Source: Octopus sinensis (taxonomy: Eukaryota). Taken from it: DNA of 64,000 bases. Below are positions 12,836 to 24,916 of this stretch, in pieces. Where the stretch lies: NCBI RefSeq assembly GCF_006345805.1, contig NC_043011.1:13962464-14026463 (forward strand), read 5' to 3'. Made by a program: the position numbers and the translations under genes. Position 1 is the stretch's first letter. Every line of letters begins with the position of its first letter. The notes beneath the pieces were generated by a model that saw nothing but the letters and a program-made list of their open reading frames with translations, had not been told where the DNA came from and did no database searches.

Positions 12836-13510
12836 GACATGGGTTGGATGACTTGAAAGAAACTGACAAAGCCAGGGGCCACACCAAGTTCCATTGTCTG
12901 TTTGGTTTGGTTTTTACAGTTGGATGCCTTTCCGAGCACCAACCACTTTACAGAGTGTACTGGGTGCTCTTTAGGTGGCACCAGCACCTGTGCTGTCTAC
13001 GTGGCACCAGCACCAGTGCATTTTATGTGGCACCAGCATTTACACCAATGCTTTTAATGTGGCACTTCAGTTTTAAAATCTCAATTCTGTTGTGGTGGGT
13101 AGGTCTTCTTGAGTACAACAATGCGCCACATATCTTGGTCCTATCTCACCTCCTTTGTAAGGTTTAGCATGGCACCTGTGCTTATCTCTCATACTTTAGC
13201 CTTCCAACATTTGATAGAAAGCCACCTCCTCCCTAATACTCACCCTGCTCTACCTAGTCATGGGGTCTTTCCCCCACTTCTCCTTTCTTTTCATGCTTTG
13301 CAACTTACTAGGTGACCTCACTAGTGCTGGTGGCATGCAAAAAAGCACCTAGTACATACTATATTGTGGCTAGTGTTAGGAAGGGCATCCAGCAGTAGAA
13401 ACTGTGCTAAAGCTGACACTGGAGTATGATGTAGCCCTGTAGCTCACTGGATCCTATCAAAACTGTCCAACCCATGCCAGCATGGAAAACAGATGTTAGA
13501 TGAGGATCCC

Positions 13511-15378
13511 TTTTGAATAATTGAGAGAAAGTGGCATTTGAGGAATTTAACGAGAAAGTAAGAATATCCAGAGTTAGTTTAGACGAGATGCAGTTTGGGT
13601 TTGTGCCAGGGAGAAACAACACTGATGCTATATTTCTGGTAAGACAGCTGCAGGAGAAATTCCTAGCCAAAGATAAACCTCTGTACTTGGCTTTTGGTGA
13701 CATGGAGAAAGCCTTTGACAGGGTCCCCTGATCCCATATCTGGTGGTCAATGCAGAAACTAGGGATAGATGAATGGTTAGTGAGAACTGTACAAGCCATG
13801 TACAGGGATACTGTCAGTAAGGTGAGGGTTGGCAACGAGTATAGTGAAGAATTCCAGGTAGAAGTAGGGGTCCAACAAGGATCAGTCCCCTCTTATTCAT
13901 CATAGTCCTCCAGGCAGTAACAGAGAAATTCAAGACAGGCTGACCCTGGGAGTTCCTCTATGCTGATGACTTTGCTCTAATAGCTGAGTCACTACCAGAA
14001 CTAGAGGAGATGTTTCAGGTGTGGGAGCAAAGTCTAGAATCAAAGGACCTTAGAGTCAACCTAACTAAAACCAAAGTCCTAATAAGTAGGAAGGCAGACA
14101 AACCACAAATCCCTTCAGGTAGATGGTCCTGCTCAATCTATAGAAAATGCATAGGTAGAAACTCCAAAACATGTACCCAGTGTAAGCTGTGGACAAATTA
14201 GAGGTGTAGCAGCATAGTTTTTGTGAGTGGCAGATGCACAAGGGCAATAAACACTGAAAATGTGCAGAAAACAGATTCCATCACATGTCAAGGGGAAAAA
14301 CTAGTAGTTGACAGCTTCCATTACCTAAGTGACCAAGTCAGTAGTGGAGGTGGATGCTCTGAGAGTGTAGCTACTAGAATAAGAATAGCATGGACAAAGT
14401 TCAGAGAGCTCCTACCTCTGCTGGTAACAAAGGTCCTCTCGCTCAGAGTGAAAAGTAGACTGTTTGATGCATGTGTGCGAACAGCCATGCTACATGGCAG
14501 TGAGACATGGGCTGTGACTGCTGAGGATATGTGTAGGCTTTAAAAAAATGAAGCTAGTATGCTGCCCTGATGTATAATGTCAGCGTGCATACATGACAGA
14601 GTGTAAGCACCTTGAGACATAAGAAGCATCAGATGTGGTGTGCAAGAGAGACGACTGTGCTGGTATGGTCATGTGTTACTTATGAATGAAGACAGCTGTG
14701 TGAAGAAGTGTCACACCCTAACAGTGGAAGGAATCTGTGGAAGAGATAGACCCAGGAAGACATGGGAGGAGGTGGTGAAGCTGGGCCTCACAGAGGCAAT
14801 AACAAGCAACCAAGACTTTTGGAAATATCTTGTACTTGGAAGACCTGACAAGCCAAGTAAGATTGTAGCCATGATCTATGCCAGTGTTGCATAACTGGCC
14901 CATTTAAGAGTACCCTTCAATCGTCAGGCAATATGCTGTGCTTGAGAAGACCTGTTGTTGTGGCCGATGCCAGTACCCCCTGACTGGCACCCATGCCAGT
15001 GACACATAAAAAGCACCATTTGAGCGTGGTCAAAGCCAGTGCCACCGGACTGACTTGCGAGCTGGTGGCATGTAAAAAGTACCATATAAGTGTGGTTGGT
15101 GCCAGTACTGCCTGTCTGGCTCCTGTGCTCGTGACACATAAAAAGCACCATTCGAGCATGGTCGATGCCAGTGCCGCCTGACTGCCCCCCCCCCTGTCAG
15201 TGGCACATAAAAAGCACCCACTACACACTCGGAGTGGTTGGCATTAGGAAGGGCATCCAGCTGTAGAAACCTTGCCAGATCAGATTGGAGCCTGGTGCAA
15301 CCTCCTGGCTCTCCAGACCTCAGTCAAACCATCCAACCCATGCCAGCATGGAAAGCAGACATTAAACGATGATGACTT
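13511..15378 (+). mobile_element. 5'-truncated RTE LINE with decayed RT and full 3' UTR
   Basis: QFGFVPGRNNTDAIF, DMEKAFDRVP, GVQQGS, YADD, MLHGSETW and RRLCWYGHV motifs. UTR has internal repeats and a (TGA)n tail. Confidence 0.92.
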
Positions 15379-15494
15379 ATGTTTTTGCATCACATTTCAA
15401 TATGATGAGGATGAACTGTTTTTATAACTAACTTACTTACTCAACAATGGAGAATTAAGAGATTTTATATGGCAACTGATTTTCAAACCCTCCA

Positions 15495-16035
15495 TACACG
15501 CGGAATTCTGTTCTTGATTCGACGGTCATTTGGAATGCTCACAGCAGCCATATTCCTACCACTCTATGTCACGCTGGTGAGACCCATATTGGAGTATGGG
15601 ATTCAAGCCTCTTCTCCTTATCTCCTCAAAGACATACAGCATCTCGAAAGAGTCCAGAAGCTGGCTACCTGCATGGTTCATGGTCTCAAAAATTTGTCCT
15701 ACGCCGCCGTGGTGATCTCATTCTCACCCACAACATCAGAAGCGGAAAGTGTAACCTCTCGAAAGAGCTGTTCTTCACTCATGCTCTAGAGCGTCGGCTG
15801 CGGGGTCATTCCGAAAAGCTCTACCTGCGACGATTTCATCTCAATCGAAGGAGAGGAGCTTTCTCCGTCCGGGTTGTGGATCCATGGAACAAGCTGCCAG
15901 ATGAGATGGTGAAGATGCCGACGACCGCTTTGTTCAAAGCCTCCCTGGACCTCAAGTGGCCTGAACTCTTTACATGAACACCACCCTGTACTTAACTCCA
16001 TGTCCCCCTACATGGCCTTGCTATTTGCTTTTGAG
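15495..16035 (+). mobile_element. CR1 LINE 3' fragment
   Basis: LYVTLVRPILEYG and IQHLERVQKLAT motifs, WNKLP, (AACT)n tail. Confidence 0.88.
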
Positions 16036-16280
16036 CCAAATTAACTAACTAACTAACATTAGCACAACATCACATACAAATAACACCTCTTTGCTAGCAG
16101 TAAAATGATTTTAATGAAGACTCAAAAATCCCAGATATTAATTGTGACCCAAACAGTTTTACTAATGACAGCCAGCGTGACTGATATATAATTTCAGTAA
16201 ATATCATGCACACCATAAATGTAAACACCTTTCTGGAATACAATAACATAATCATTTTAGTCAGTCATTTCTCATGATGC

Positions 16281-16695
16281 AGATCTTTTCGCTTTGAACG
16301 GCAGTTTTTAACATAATTTCTAGGTAATTAAAAAATTTTAATCTTCGTATACTGGTAGAATGTGTTTATAAAATATCTTTTTCTCTTGGCTTTATTGAGA
16401 AAATTCTATAGTTTGTAAGATATTTGTTGTTTTTTTTTTCTTCAATTTCTGCAATTTCAACCAATCAGTGACGTCTATTGAGGTAAAAAAAACATTCTGT
16501 GCCGTATGAATATGTCCCGCGTTTAAGAAACAGATTGGGTTTATTTACATTTGTGAAGAAAAAAAAGGTACCCTTCCCCCACCCCTAACCCTAAAACAGA
16601 TTGAAATGCAATAGATCGATACTAGGGTCATAATTATGGGTGACAATTTCATATGACACCGCTAGAAAAAACTGCCGTTCAAACCGAAAAGATCC
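16281..16695 (-). mobile_element. MITE family M, copy 2 (inverted)
   Basis: TIRs; perfect TSD catgatgc. Confidence 0.92.
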
Positions 16696-16829
16696 CATGA
16701 TGCTGCTAGATTAGAGGAGGCTGTGTTTTGTTGCTGAATCATACAAAGTTGTGCAGCCACAACTGTGAGACTTCTATAACGATGTCACAATGGAATAGAT
16801 GTATTTAATGAACAATGAAAATAGTTTAC

Positions 16830-17010
16830 CTGTATTGGAATTCTCTAACAGTATTTTGACATATTTCTTCGTCCCCGTTGTTGTCTCCAGGAAGATAACA
16901 TTCTCTGTGGCTTTCAGGCAGTATAGTGTCAAATATACGTGTGTGTATATGAACGAGTGATAGAGTAGCAACAGCTACGACTAGTAAAGACACTAAAACA
17001 AAGAAGGCAG
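16830..17010 (-). CDS. ZFYVE27: Protrudin-like exon, 181 nt: AFFVLVSLLVVAVATLSLVHIHTRIFDTILPESHRECYLPGDNNGDEEICQNTVREFQY(S)
   Basis: Acceptor cttctatctttcag| and donor AG|gtaaac. Hydrophobic segment followed by a loop; phases are consistent. Confidence 0.88.
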
Positions 17011-18008
17011 CTGAAAGATAGAAGTAACAGATTTCATTACAAACAACAAAAATGTTCAACTGATCATCACTCACTAAACTCTTTTCCAAGTAAAAAAAAA
17101 AAAAAAATTTTTTTAAAAACCCTTTATCAATTCCCATAGAACAATGTCTACTAGGACTAAATATACATCAACCCATGAGAGAGATTATGTGGTTGCATGA
17201 ATTGCTAGAAATAGTAACCACTTCTACAAATCACAATTAAAAGAAAAGGCAGTGAACTGGCAGAAATGTTAGCACGCCAGGTGAAATGTTTAGCGGTATT
17301 TTGTCTGCCGCTACGTTCTGAGTTCAAATTCCGCTGAGGTCAACCTTGCCTTTCATCCTTTCAGGGTCGATAAATTAAGCACCAGTTACGCACCGGGGTC
17401 GATATAATCAACTTAATCCGTCTGTCTGTCCTTGTTTGTCTCCTCTGTGTTTAGCCCTTTGTGGGTAGTAAAGAAATAGGTATATCATCTGTCTTTACAT
17501 TCTGAGTTCAAATTCCAAATTTCGGGGTCGATAAATTAAGTACCAGTTGCATACTGAGGTCAATCTAATCAACTGGCTCCTCCCTAAAAATTTTGGGCTT
17601 TGTGCCTAGAGTAGAAAAGAATTAAAAGAAATGGCAAGGACAATGTGATCATAGACAAACAAAAAAGACAGGATGTTCATGACTGGAACGGTTATGATTA
17701 TGCCTCAGTTTAATCAGAGCTAAACTGGGTCTAAACAACAAAAATATGTATACACCAACCTCTCTCCTCATTTTGTCCCATTGCATGGCCCCACACTAAT
17801 CATTAAGTCCATTCCTCCTGCTTTGCAGTGAGATGCCAATGGATTTCCTCTCCCCTTCATGTTTTTGCAGAAGACATAGATTTCTAGTGGTTCAAACAAG
17901 ACATTAACTGTATCAATCTGAACAGTCTTGGAGAGCCTGTGAGATTTATAATGTCAAAGGCACTACTCCTTTCTCTTATATATACAATCCAGTAATATAA
18001 TCTTTTAA

Positions 18009-18232
18009 CCCTTTCATTACCAACCTGGCTGAAACCGCCTCTGGCTCAGTGGTATAAATGTCTTGTTTTCATAAGTTTTGAATTAAAATCTTCCACCAAA
18101 CCATTGTCACAATTTATGTTCCTAATACTAGCTTAATGATAACTAAGTTATTTTACTAAATTCTTTCTTTAATATTTAAAATTAATTGAAAGAAACACAG
18201 AGCATCTCAAAATAAATGCAGTAACGAAAGGG
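18009..18232. mobile_element. piggyBac-type MITE
   Basis: TTAA on both sides; TIR ccctttcattac / gtaacgaaaggg. Confidence 0.82.
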
Positions 18233-18732
18233 TTAAAAGAATTATATTACTGCTGTCCATTCTCTCCGTCCTACACTGTCTATCATCAACCGATTGACAC
18301 TAATCAACATCTTACAGTTCAATCCAAACAGGTTTACAACCCTCTGCTTCGATTTCTGTTCTCTATCCTATTTTTCTTAAAATGCATATCTAGAACATTA
18401 GATTATTAAAACTCCAATGGTGTTTCTGAAATGGTGCACCACAGATTTTTAAAAATATAATTTAAGGTTTCAGAAAATCCATACTAATGCTTCACTGTTT
18501 TGAAACTGTAATTCATAATTTTGTTATACACAAGTATTACTTATAAAACAAAATATTATTTATTTTTACAGATTTTTAATTTTCAAACAGTTGTTTGTTT
18601 GTTTTTTTCCTTTACGTATCTATGTCAATAAATTATTTATCTGCCAGTGTACCACATTATCAAAAGAATGGAGAGACACTGCTCTAGAGAAATGTTAGGA
18701 AGCTGTTATTGTAAAAATATTGTGAACAATAC

Positions 18733-18803
18733 CTTTAGACAAAACAAAACATCCGATGTTACAACAGATCCACAAAGCAATTGTCAGGTTTGGATTACGC
18801 CAT
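18733..18803 (-). CDS. ZFYVE27: Protrudin-like exon, 71 nt: (R)WRNPNLTIALWICCNIGCFVLSK(A), first hydrophobic segment
   Basis: Acceptor ttttctttctgttgtag| and donor G|gtattg. Phase 2 in and phase 1 out match both neighbours. Corresponds to human RWQMPLCSLLTCLGLNVLFLTL. Confidence 0.88.
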
Positions 18804-18956
18804 CTACAACAGAAAGAAAACCTCTTGACAATCAAGGTAACATTTTTTTTCTTTTAAACTGGACACTGTTATGAAATTAGATTAGTTTGTAGGTAAAATC
18901 TGGGAAGTAAAATATCAGACAGACAAGAGTACTGTGGAAGAATCTCTCTCTCTCTC

Positions 18957-19323
18957 TCTATATATATAAAAATGGCAAAATGTCTGTGTGTGTGTCCTTT
19001 ATACAAATCCACAATTTTTTTCAGTTAGAGGGCTCGCACTTTCTATGGTCATTCACAACCATCCAAGAGTGGTCGTGCACATCTTTACATTTCCCCAGTC
19101 ACCCCGCAAAGCCATTAAAAAAATCAATAGAAGTGACTTTTTTGTGAATTTTCTATCCAAAACCCAATCAAAATGCCCGAAACTTGATAGACCAATTGAA
19201 TGCCAGCTAGCTGTATGTGATTGGTTGGAGATTTGGACAGTACTCGCATGTATGTGCGCACACACGCAGCAGTGTATGCATGCACTAGCACTATGACCCG
19301 GCGTTGCCAGGTCATAGTGCTAG
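18957..19323 (+). mobile_element. Non-autonomous Helitron-like element, full length
   Basis: 5' TCTATATATATAAAA plus (TG)n; 3' hairpin ending CTAG followed by T; no TSD seen. Confidence 0.75.
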
Positions 19324-19931
19324 TATCTAATAAAATAGGTAGTAATTAGTCAGAAGACAAGAGACTGCTTTGTTGTATACATTCCTAGATTGGTGAAACA
19401 ATTTCACCTGGAAAGAATATTGTTCACGTGATCTGACCAATCACGACTTCATGTAGAACAGGCTCCAGTGCCAAATACCACTTTTAGCACCATCATTTCA
19501 GAGCTTGTCGATTAGTTTAAAATCAACACACATGACCACCATACCCAGAGAATGCAGAGAGAGATTTGGGGTGTTGCAGAGATGACCGATAGATGAAATG
19601 GTGAATAGACATGGGCAGCGGCTGAATCTAGGTGATATCATCATGACAAACTATCCACAGCAACACAATGACTAGCACCAACTTTTCTAATACTATTCCA
19701 ATTACAATAACATCTAAAACTCAACATTTATCATGATATTATTTCATACACCAATTACTATAACATCCACACTCTCTCACAAGGAACAAAGTTTTTTCAT
19801 TAAAACCTAAACATATTTTGTCGCTATTTTTCTATGTACAACTGTTGACCTCCAATGCTAGAAATAACAGCCATCACCCAACAGTTAACAGTCAGCCCCC
19901 AACATTAGCACTCATATATATATATATATAT

Positions 19932-20333
19932 TCTCTTTACTCTTTTACTTGTTTCAGTCATTTGACTGTGGCCATGCTGGAGCAACGCCTTTAGTCGAGC
20001 AAATCGACCCTAGGACTTATTCTTTGTAAGCCTAGTACTTATTTTATCAGTCTATTTTGCTGAACTGGTAAGTTACGGGGACGTAAACACACCAGCATCG
20101 GTTGTTAAGCGATGTTGGGGGGGAGGGGACAAACACAGACACACAAGCATATATATATATACATATATACAACGGGCTTCTTTCAGTTTCCATCTACCAA
20201 ATCCACTCACAAGGCTTTGGCCGGCCCGAGGCTATAGTAGAAGACACTTGCCCAAGGTGCCACACAGTGGGACTGAACCCGGAACCAAGTGGTTCGTAAG
20301 CAAGCTACTTACCACACAGCCACTCCTACGCCT
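19932..20333 (-). mobile_element. SINE family A copy
   Basis: Full-length match. Confidence 0.9.
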
Positions 20334-20339
20334 ATATAT

Positions 20340-20377
<38 letters not shown>

Positions 20378-20378
<1 letters not shown>

Positions 20379-21150
20379 CATCATCATCATCGTTTAACGT
20401 CCGTTCTCCATGCTAGCATGGGTTGGACGGTTCGACCGGGGATCTGGGAAGCCAGAAGGCTGCACCAGGCTCCAGTCTTATCTGGCAATGTTTCTACAGC
20501 TGGATGCCCTTCCTAACGCCAACCACTCCGTGAGTGTAGTGGGTGCTTTTTACGTGCCACCTGCACAGGTGCCAGGCGAGGCTGGCAACGGCCACGGTCG
20601 GATTGGTGTATTTTATGTGCCACTGGCACGGAAGCCAGTCGAGGCGGTGCTGGCATCGGCCACGAGTTGGATAGTGCTTTTTACGTACCACCAGACCAGG
20701 GATCCTGGCTGGTTCAATTCGATTTTGATTTCGCTTGCCCCAACATGTCTTCGCAAGCAAAGGGGGTTGGCATGGGTGCCTGTCGTCGGATGAGGTTCTA
20801 TATCGACTTCGCTTGCCTCAACAGGTCTTTGTGTCCAAGGGAGGAAAGGCATTCATAAGTGGGCTGGGCTCACTTGTCCTGCCTGGTCTTCTCACGTACA
20901 GAATATTTCCAAAGGTCTCGGTCGCTGGTCATTTCCTCAGTGAGGCCTAAAGTTCGAAGGTCGTGCTTCACCACCTCGTCCCAGGTTTTCCTGGGTCTAC
21001 CTCTTCCACGGGTTCCCTCAACTGCTAGGGATTGGCACTTTCTCACACACCTATCTTCATCCATTCTCGCCACATGACCATACCAGCGCAATCGTCTCTC
21101 TTGCACACCACAACTGATGCTTCTTAGGTACAACATTTCTCTCAAGGTGC
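20378..21150 (-). mobile_element. Young 5'-truncated RTE LINE 3' end
   Basis: Intact ORF end RRLRWYGHVARMDEDRCVRK...GRGRPRKTW, plus 3' UTR and (TGA)n tail. Confidence 0.92.
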
Positions 21151-22861
21151 TAACGCTCTGTCGAGATATATATATATATATATATATATGATCTGTGGCT
21201 ATGTTCTGTGTTAATAAGCATAATGCATTCTGTTAGCCGATATATAGTGGAATGGATGACTGTCATAATGGAAGTTATTGTTTGTCCAGAAGTAAAGATG
21301 GGGGGGGGCGGTATAACTTGCATGAAAGTGATTTGTGTTCTTAAGAAGGATCACAAACTATGTACTGTTTCATTGAATAAAAAGGGGTTAACATGTTCTT
21401 GCCCGGAAATCACATTTTCAAAATTATAATTTCCCCCCTCCCCACTGAAATTTCCTAATTTTTAACTGTTTTCGGGATTTTGTTTTCTATCCACAAGGAA
21501 AAATGTAGAGATTACGAATGCAGAAAAATATTTGTTTTTGAAAGTTTAATTTTTCTGAAAGAAATACTCAGTCACCCATCAGCTATCCACTTTGGGGCAA
21601 AATGCAAATCTCCTGTATGGAAAACATAGGAATGTGAGAAAATTGAGGAAAGAAATAGGAGGTGGGGGCAGTATACAAATGTCATTTTGGTCATGCTAGA
21701 AGCAACAGGGAAAGGACAGGATTTCTGAGATAACTTCCTTGTACGTTTAAATAGAAGATCAGGTTTTGAAATATGCTCATCACAAACAGAAATGACAGAA
21801 TAGGGAAAGGTAATTTCCATAGGATCTGAGCTGTAATTTAGCGCACAGCAAGAAATAACGTAATTCATCAGAACTTTGTGTGTGCACGCGTGCCAAAGTA
21901 AGTTATTTTTGCATACCTTTCTTAATTCCAAAAGAAGGAAATTAAGTTAGTGAACATGCTGACAGCATAAGGTCTCCATACATTATTATGAGAAATTAAA
22001 AGAGAGAGAGAGATAATGCCTAATTCTACACATGCATGAAACATGGGATTAAAGTGAAAATGACCTGAAAATTGTGAGACCCAATCTCGCTTCTGAGGTT
22101 CTCAGCATCTCCTTCTCTCCCACTTTCCCACTCTCTTTGTGCCGGATTTCTTTCACCTTCACATATAGAACATACATAATCAACTTTCTGTCAGCTTTCT
22201 TTCACTTTCAACTATAGAACATACTTAGGGTATGAAACATCAGCATTTCTCTCTCTCACCCACTCTCCCTGTCTTTAATTTTCTCCTATAGAAATTTCTT
22301 TTCTGTCTCTGTGTCTTTCTCTTGTCTCTCTGTCTTTTCTTTCATTCTGTGTTTCTCGTGCTCATTCCGTAAAAAATTATTTCTTTATGCTTTGAAGGGA
22401 GCAGAAATTGAAAGAAAAGAGAACGTGAAAAGGGAGGAGAGGGCAGAAAGTGAAGGAGATGACAAAGTGAAAGATGTATGTACGTGTATATGAAATGGAC
22501 GTGTGTGTGTGTGCGTGCGCGAGTGAGAAAGAGAGAGAGAGTGAGTGAAGGTCTGTGTCATGATCATGGATGTCTTTTAAGGTACACTCTCATATAGAAA
22601 ATGTGATGTCATTGTCATCATATAAAATGTTTAGGATAGTTGACTTTTGGAAAAGATTGTAATGTTAAATTTTTGTCATGCAAATATGTGAATGAAAGCA
22701 AAGCCGAAAGAGTACTGAATCTTTTGACACTCCATATGTCAAAATCGGTAACTCGGTTTTGGAATGCATAAGGAACATACGCACACACACACACACACAT
22801 AAACTCCCTTTTATAGATATAGAAAAATATATATAAATTATAAAAATAACAAAAAAATATA

Positions 22862-22943
22862 CAGTACTGTTTCTACTTTGTGGATTTTCACCTGTTGCTG
22901 GGGGTTTTGGAATGTAACACCCACAATAATAGAGGGATTACTG
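22862..22943. mobile_element. Small Tigger/pogo-type MITE remnant
   Basis: TA-CAGTA ... TACTG-TA ends with degenerate TIRs. Confidence 0.45.
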
Positions 22944-23110
22944 TATATAATCCTAGTATATTTATCCTAGTAATCCTAACAATGTACTAGTTTTTTTTCA
23001 CTTTTTGAAAATTTCATTTATTTGATATAATAATCAAATGATAGCATTGTAGTTGCAGGTGGGCCCCCTTAGTCTCCTGGCAACCAATGCTTTGAGACCC
23101 AGTCTGCCAC

Positions 23111-23139
<29 letters not shown>

Positions 23140-23141
<2 letters not shown>

Positions 23142-24050
23142 CAAGCCATACTATAAGTTCTGTCCGGATTTTGAATAAAGAAAAAAAGTGATCAAATGTT
23201 ATATTTAATTGAAATTTAATCCTCAATGTACTTTCCTTGATTATCTATGACTTCCTTCCATCTATTTACAAGCTTTTTAATCCCATCAATGTAAAACTCT
23301 TTTGGTTTCAAAGCGAAGAACTCTGAAATGTCAGTTTCGACCTCCTCCTGGCTTGCGAAAGTTATGTCCCCCAAATGATTCTGTAAACTACAAAACAAAT
23401 GGTAGTCTGAAGGAGCAAGGTCGGGAGAATAAGGTGGATGAGGAATTTTTTCCCAACCAAGCTCTTTGATCTTCTGTGATGTGATCTTTGCAGTGTGGGG
23501 TCATGTATTGTCCTGATGAAACATCACTCCTTTTTGATTCACTAAAGTGGGCCTGTTTTTCTTCAAACCCTGGTTCAAACGCTCTAATTGCTGACAGTAG
23601 ACTTGAGCAGTGATTGTTGCATTAGGTGGTAACAATTCAAAGTGAATTACTCCTTTGCAATCCCACCAGATAGAGAGAAGAACCTTTTTTCCATGAAGTT
23701 CCCTTCTCGGTTGTGGTTGAACTTTTTCCCTTTTACCAAGCCACTGTTTACGACATTTAACATTTCGATAGAAGATCCATTTTTCATCACCAGTCACAAG
23801 TCTATCCAAAAAGGATGTAATGAGTTTGCGAGAATTGAGAGAAGAGCAGATGTTAATTCAGGATTTGCAATTGCTTTCGGACATTTGGTCCTCAATGTCT
23901 ATTATTTGCTTTAACTATAGATTGTTAGCTCTTCCTTGTCGTTCTACCCAGGAAGAAATTTATCCCATTTGCATAACATCAGAAACTGGAGCTAAAAACC
24001 TGCCCATAAAACCTGAATAACAGCTGTGCAAACACACTTTAGCACTCCAT
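23140..24050 (-). mobile_element. Decayed mariner (DD34D-type) transposase
   Basis: LVTGDEKW, KKVLLSIWWD, FHQDN, YSPDLAPSDYHLF-like and GIKKLVNRW motifs, with frameshifts and stops. Confidence 0.92.
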
Positions 24051-24749
24051 ACTGCTGAACATTTTTCATCTGCTTTTATATTTTCTTTCATCTACACATA
24101 AAATTAAATTGTTCTAGTAACCTGACTGATGTCAACATGCTAAGCTGCTTTCCAAGGGTCAATAGTTCAAATCTTACTATAGCTGTATCTTATCTTTAAA
24201 ACTGATAGTAAAGACTGCACTTATCTTATTTATTTTATATTCTGGTAATGACTAGGTAATGTATTAAAATTAATTAAACTTGTGATTGAGTGTTCGATAG
24301 AAGTAAAGACATCTAACTGTAAAAAAACTATTGTTCTAACAAAATCCCTTCAACCTGCAGAAGGATAGATGTAAAGCCATAAGAGATGGCTTGAGTTGAT
24401 ACATTGTAGAACTGATATATCATTGGTACTATACTTAGTATTTGGGAACACCAAACTTTTCTTACTTGGGAATCCCTATAACAGATTAGTTACTAAAGGA
24501 AGCTCCTTTTGAATAAATGCTGAACTGATTGGAAATTAATGAGTAGCATATAATTTCTAACTCTGATTCCAAATCTTGCTGTGGCTATTTCAAAATTGCA
24601 ATTTCTTTCAAAGAAGACGGACATTGTCTAACATGTAACCTTATTTATTGTGGCAGCTTCAGCTTAGCAAAGAGTATATTTATAGCTATTGAAACAAACA
24701 CACACACACACAAATAAAATGTATTTCAAGATGGAAGTGAAATGCTTAC

Positions 24750-24916
24750 CTCCGGACATCTTCCAAAGCATAGATCACAAAAGCCACAGGCTCAATCAAC
24801 TTAGTGAACCGTTCTACTTCAGCTACTAAATTGGCAATGTCTAAAGAATTCACTTTTTCGCGGTCACCATCTTTTTCTTCTCGAACTAATAGTGTTGACT
24901 TTTGCACAGAATTCAT
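24750..24916 (-). CDS. ZFYVE27: Protrudin-like protein, first coding exon seen (exon 24925-24750, putative ATG at 24916): MNSVQKSTLLVREEKDGDREKVNSLDIANLVAEVERFTKLIEPVAFVIYALEDVR(R)
   Basis: Acceptor ttgttattcacag| and donor AG|gtaagc. DIANLVAEVERFTKLIEP...RRW aligns by eye to human protrudin DLFNLVLSYKRLEIYLEP...LRW (Rab11-binding region), recalled rather than searched. VKE upstream of the ATG is in frame, so an upstream coding exon is possible. Confidence 0.85.

Noticed and set aside
19500-19640. HTQR...W-like remnant suggesting a Merlin transposase, a possible partner of MITE family M
   Set aside because: Only a few residues match, with stops and no TIRs nearby.
21208-21429. TCSCP motif suggesting a SWIM/MULE zinc finger
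   Set aside because: The downstream CxH is absent and the frame ends; too little evidence.
21572-21931. 119-aa minus-strand ORF in a protrudin intron
   Set aside because: No recognisable motif or convincing splice sites, and not needed for the gene model.
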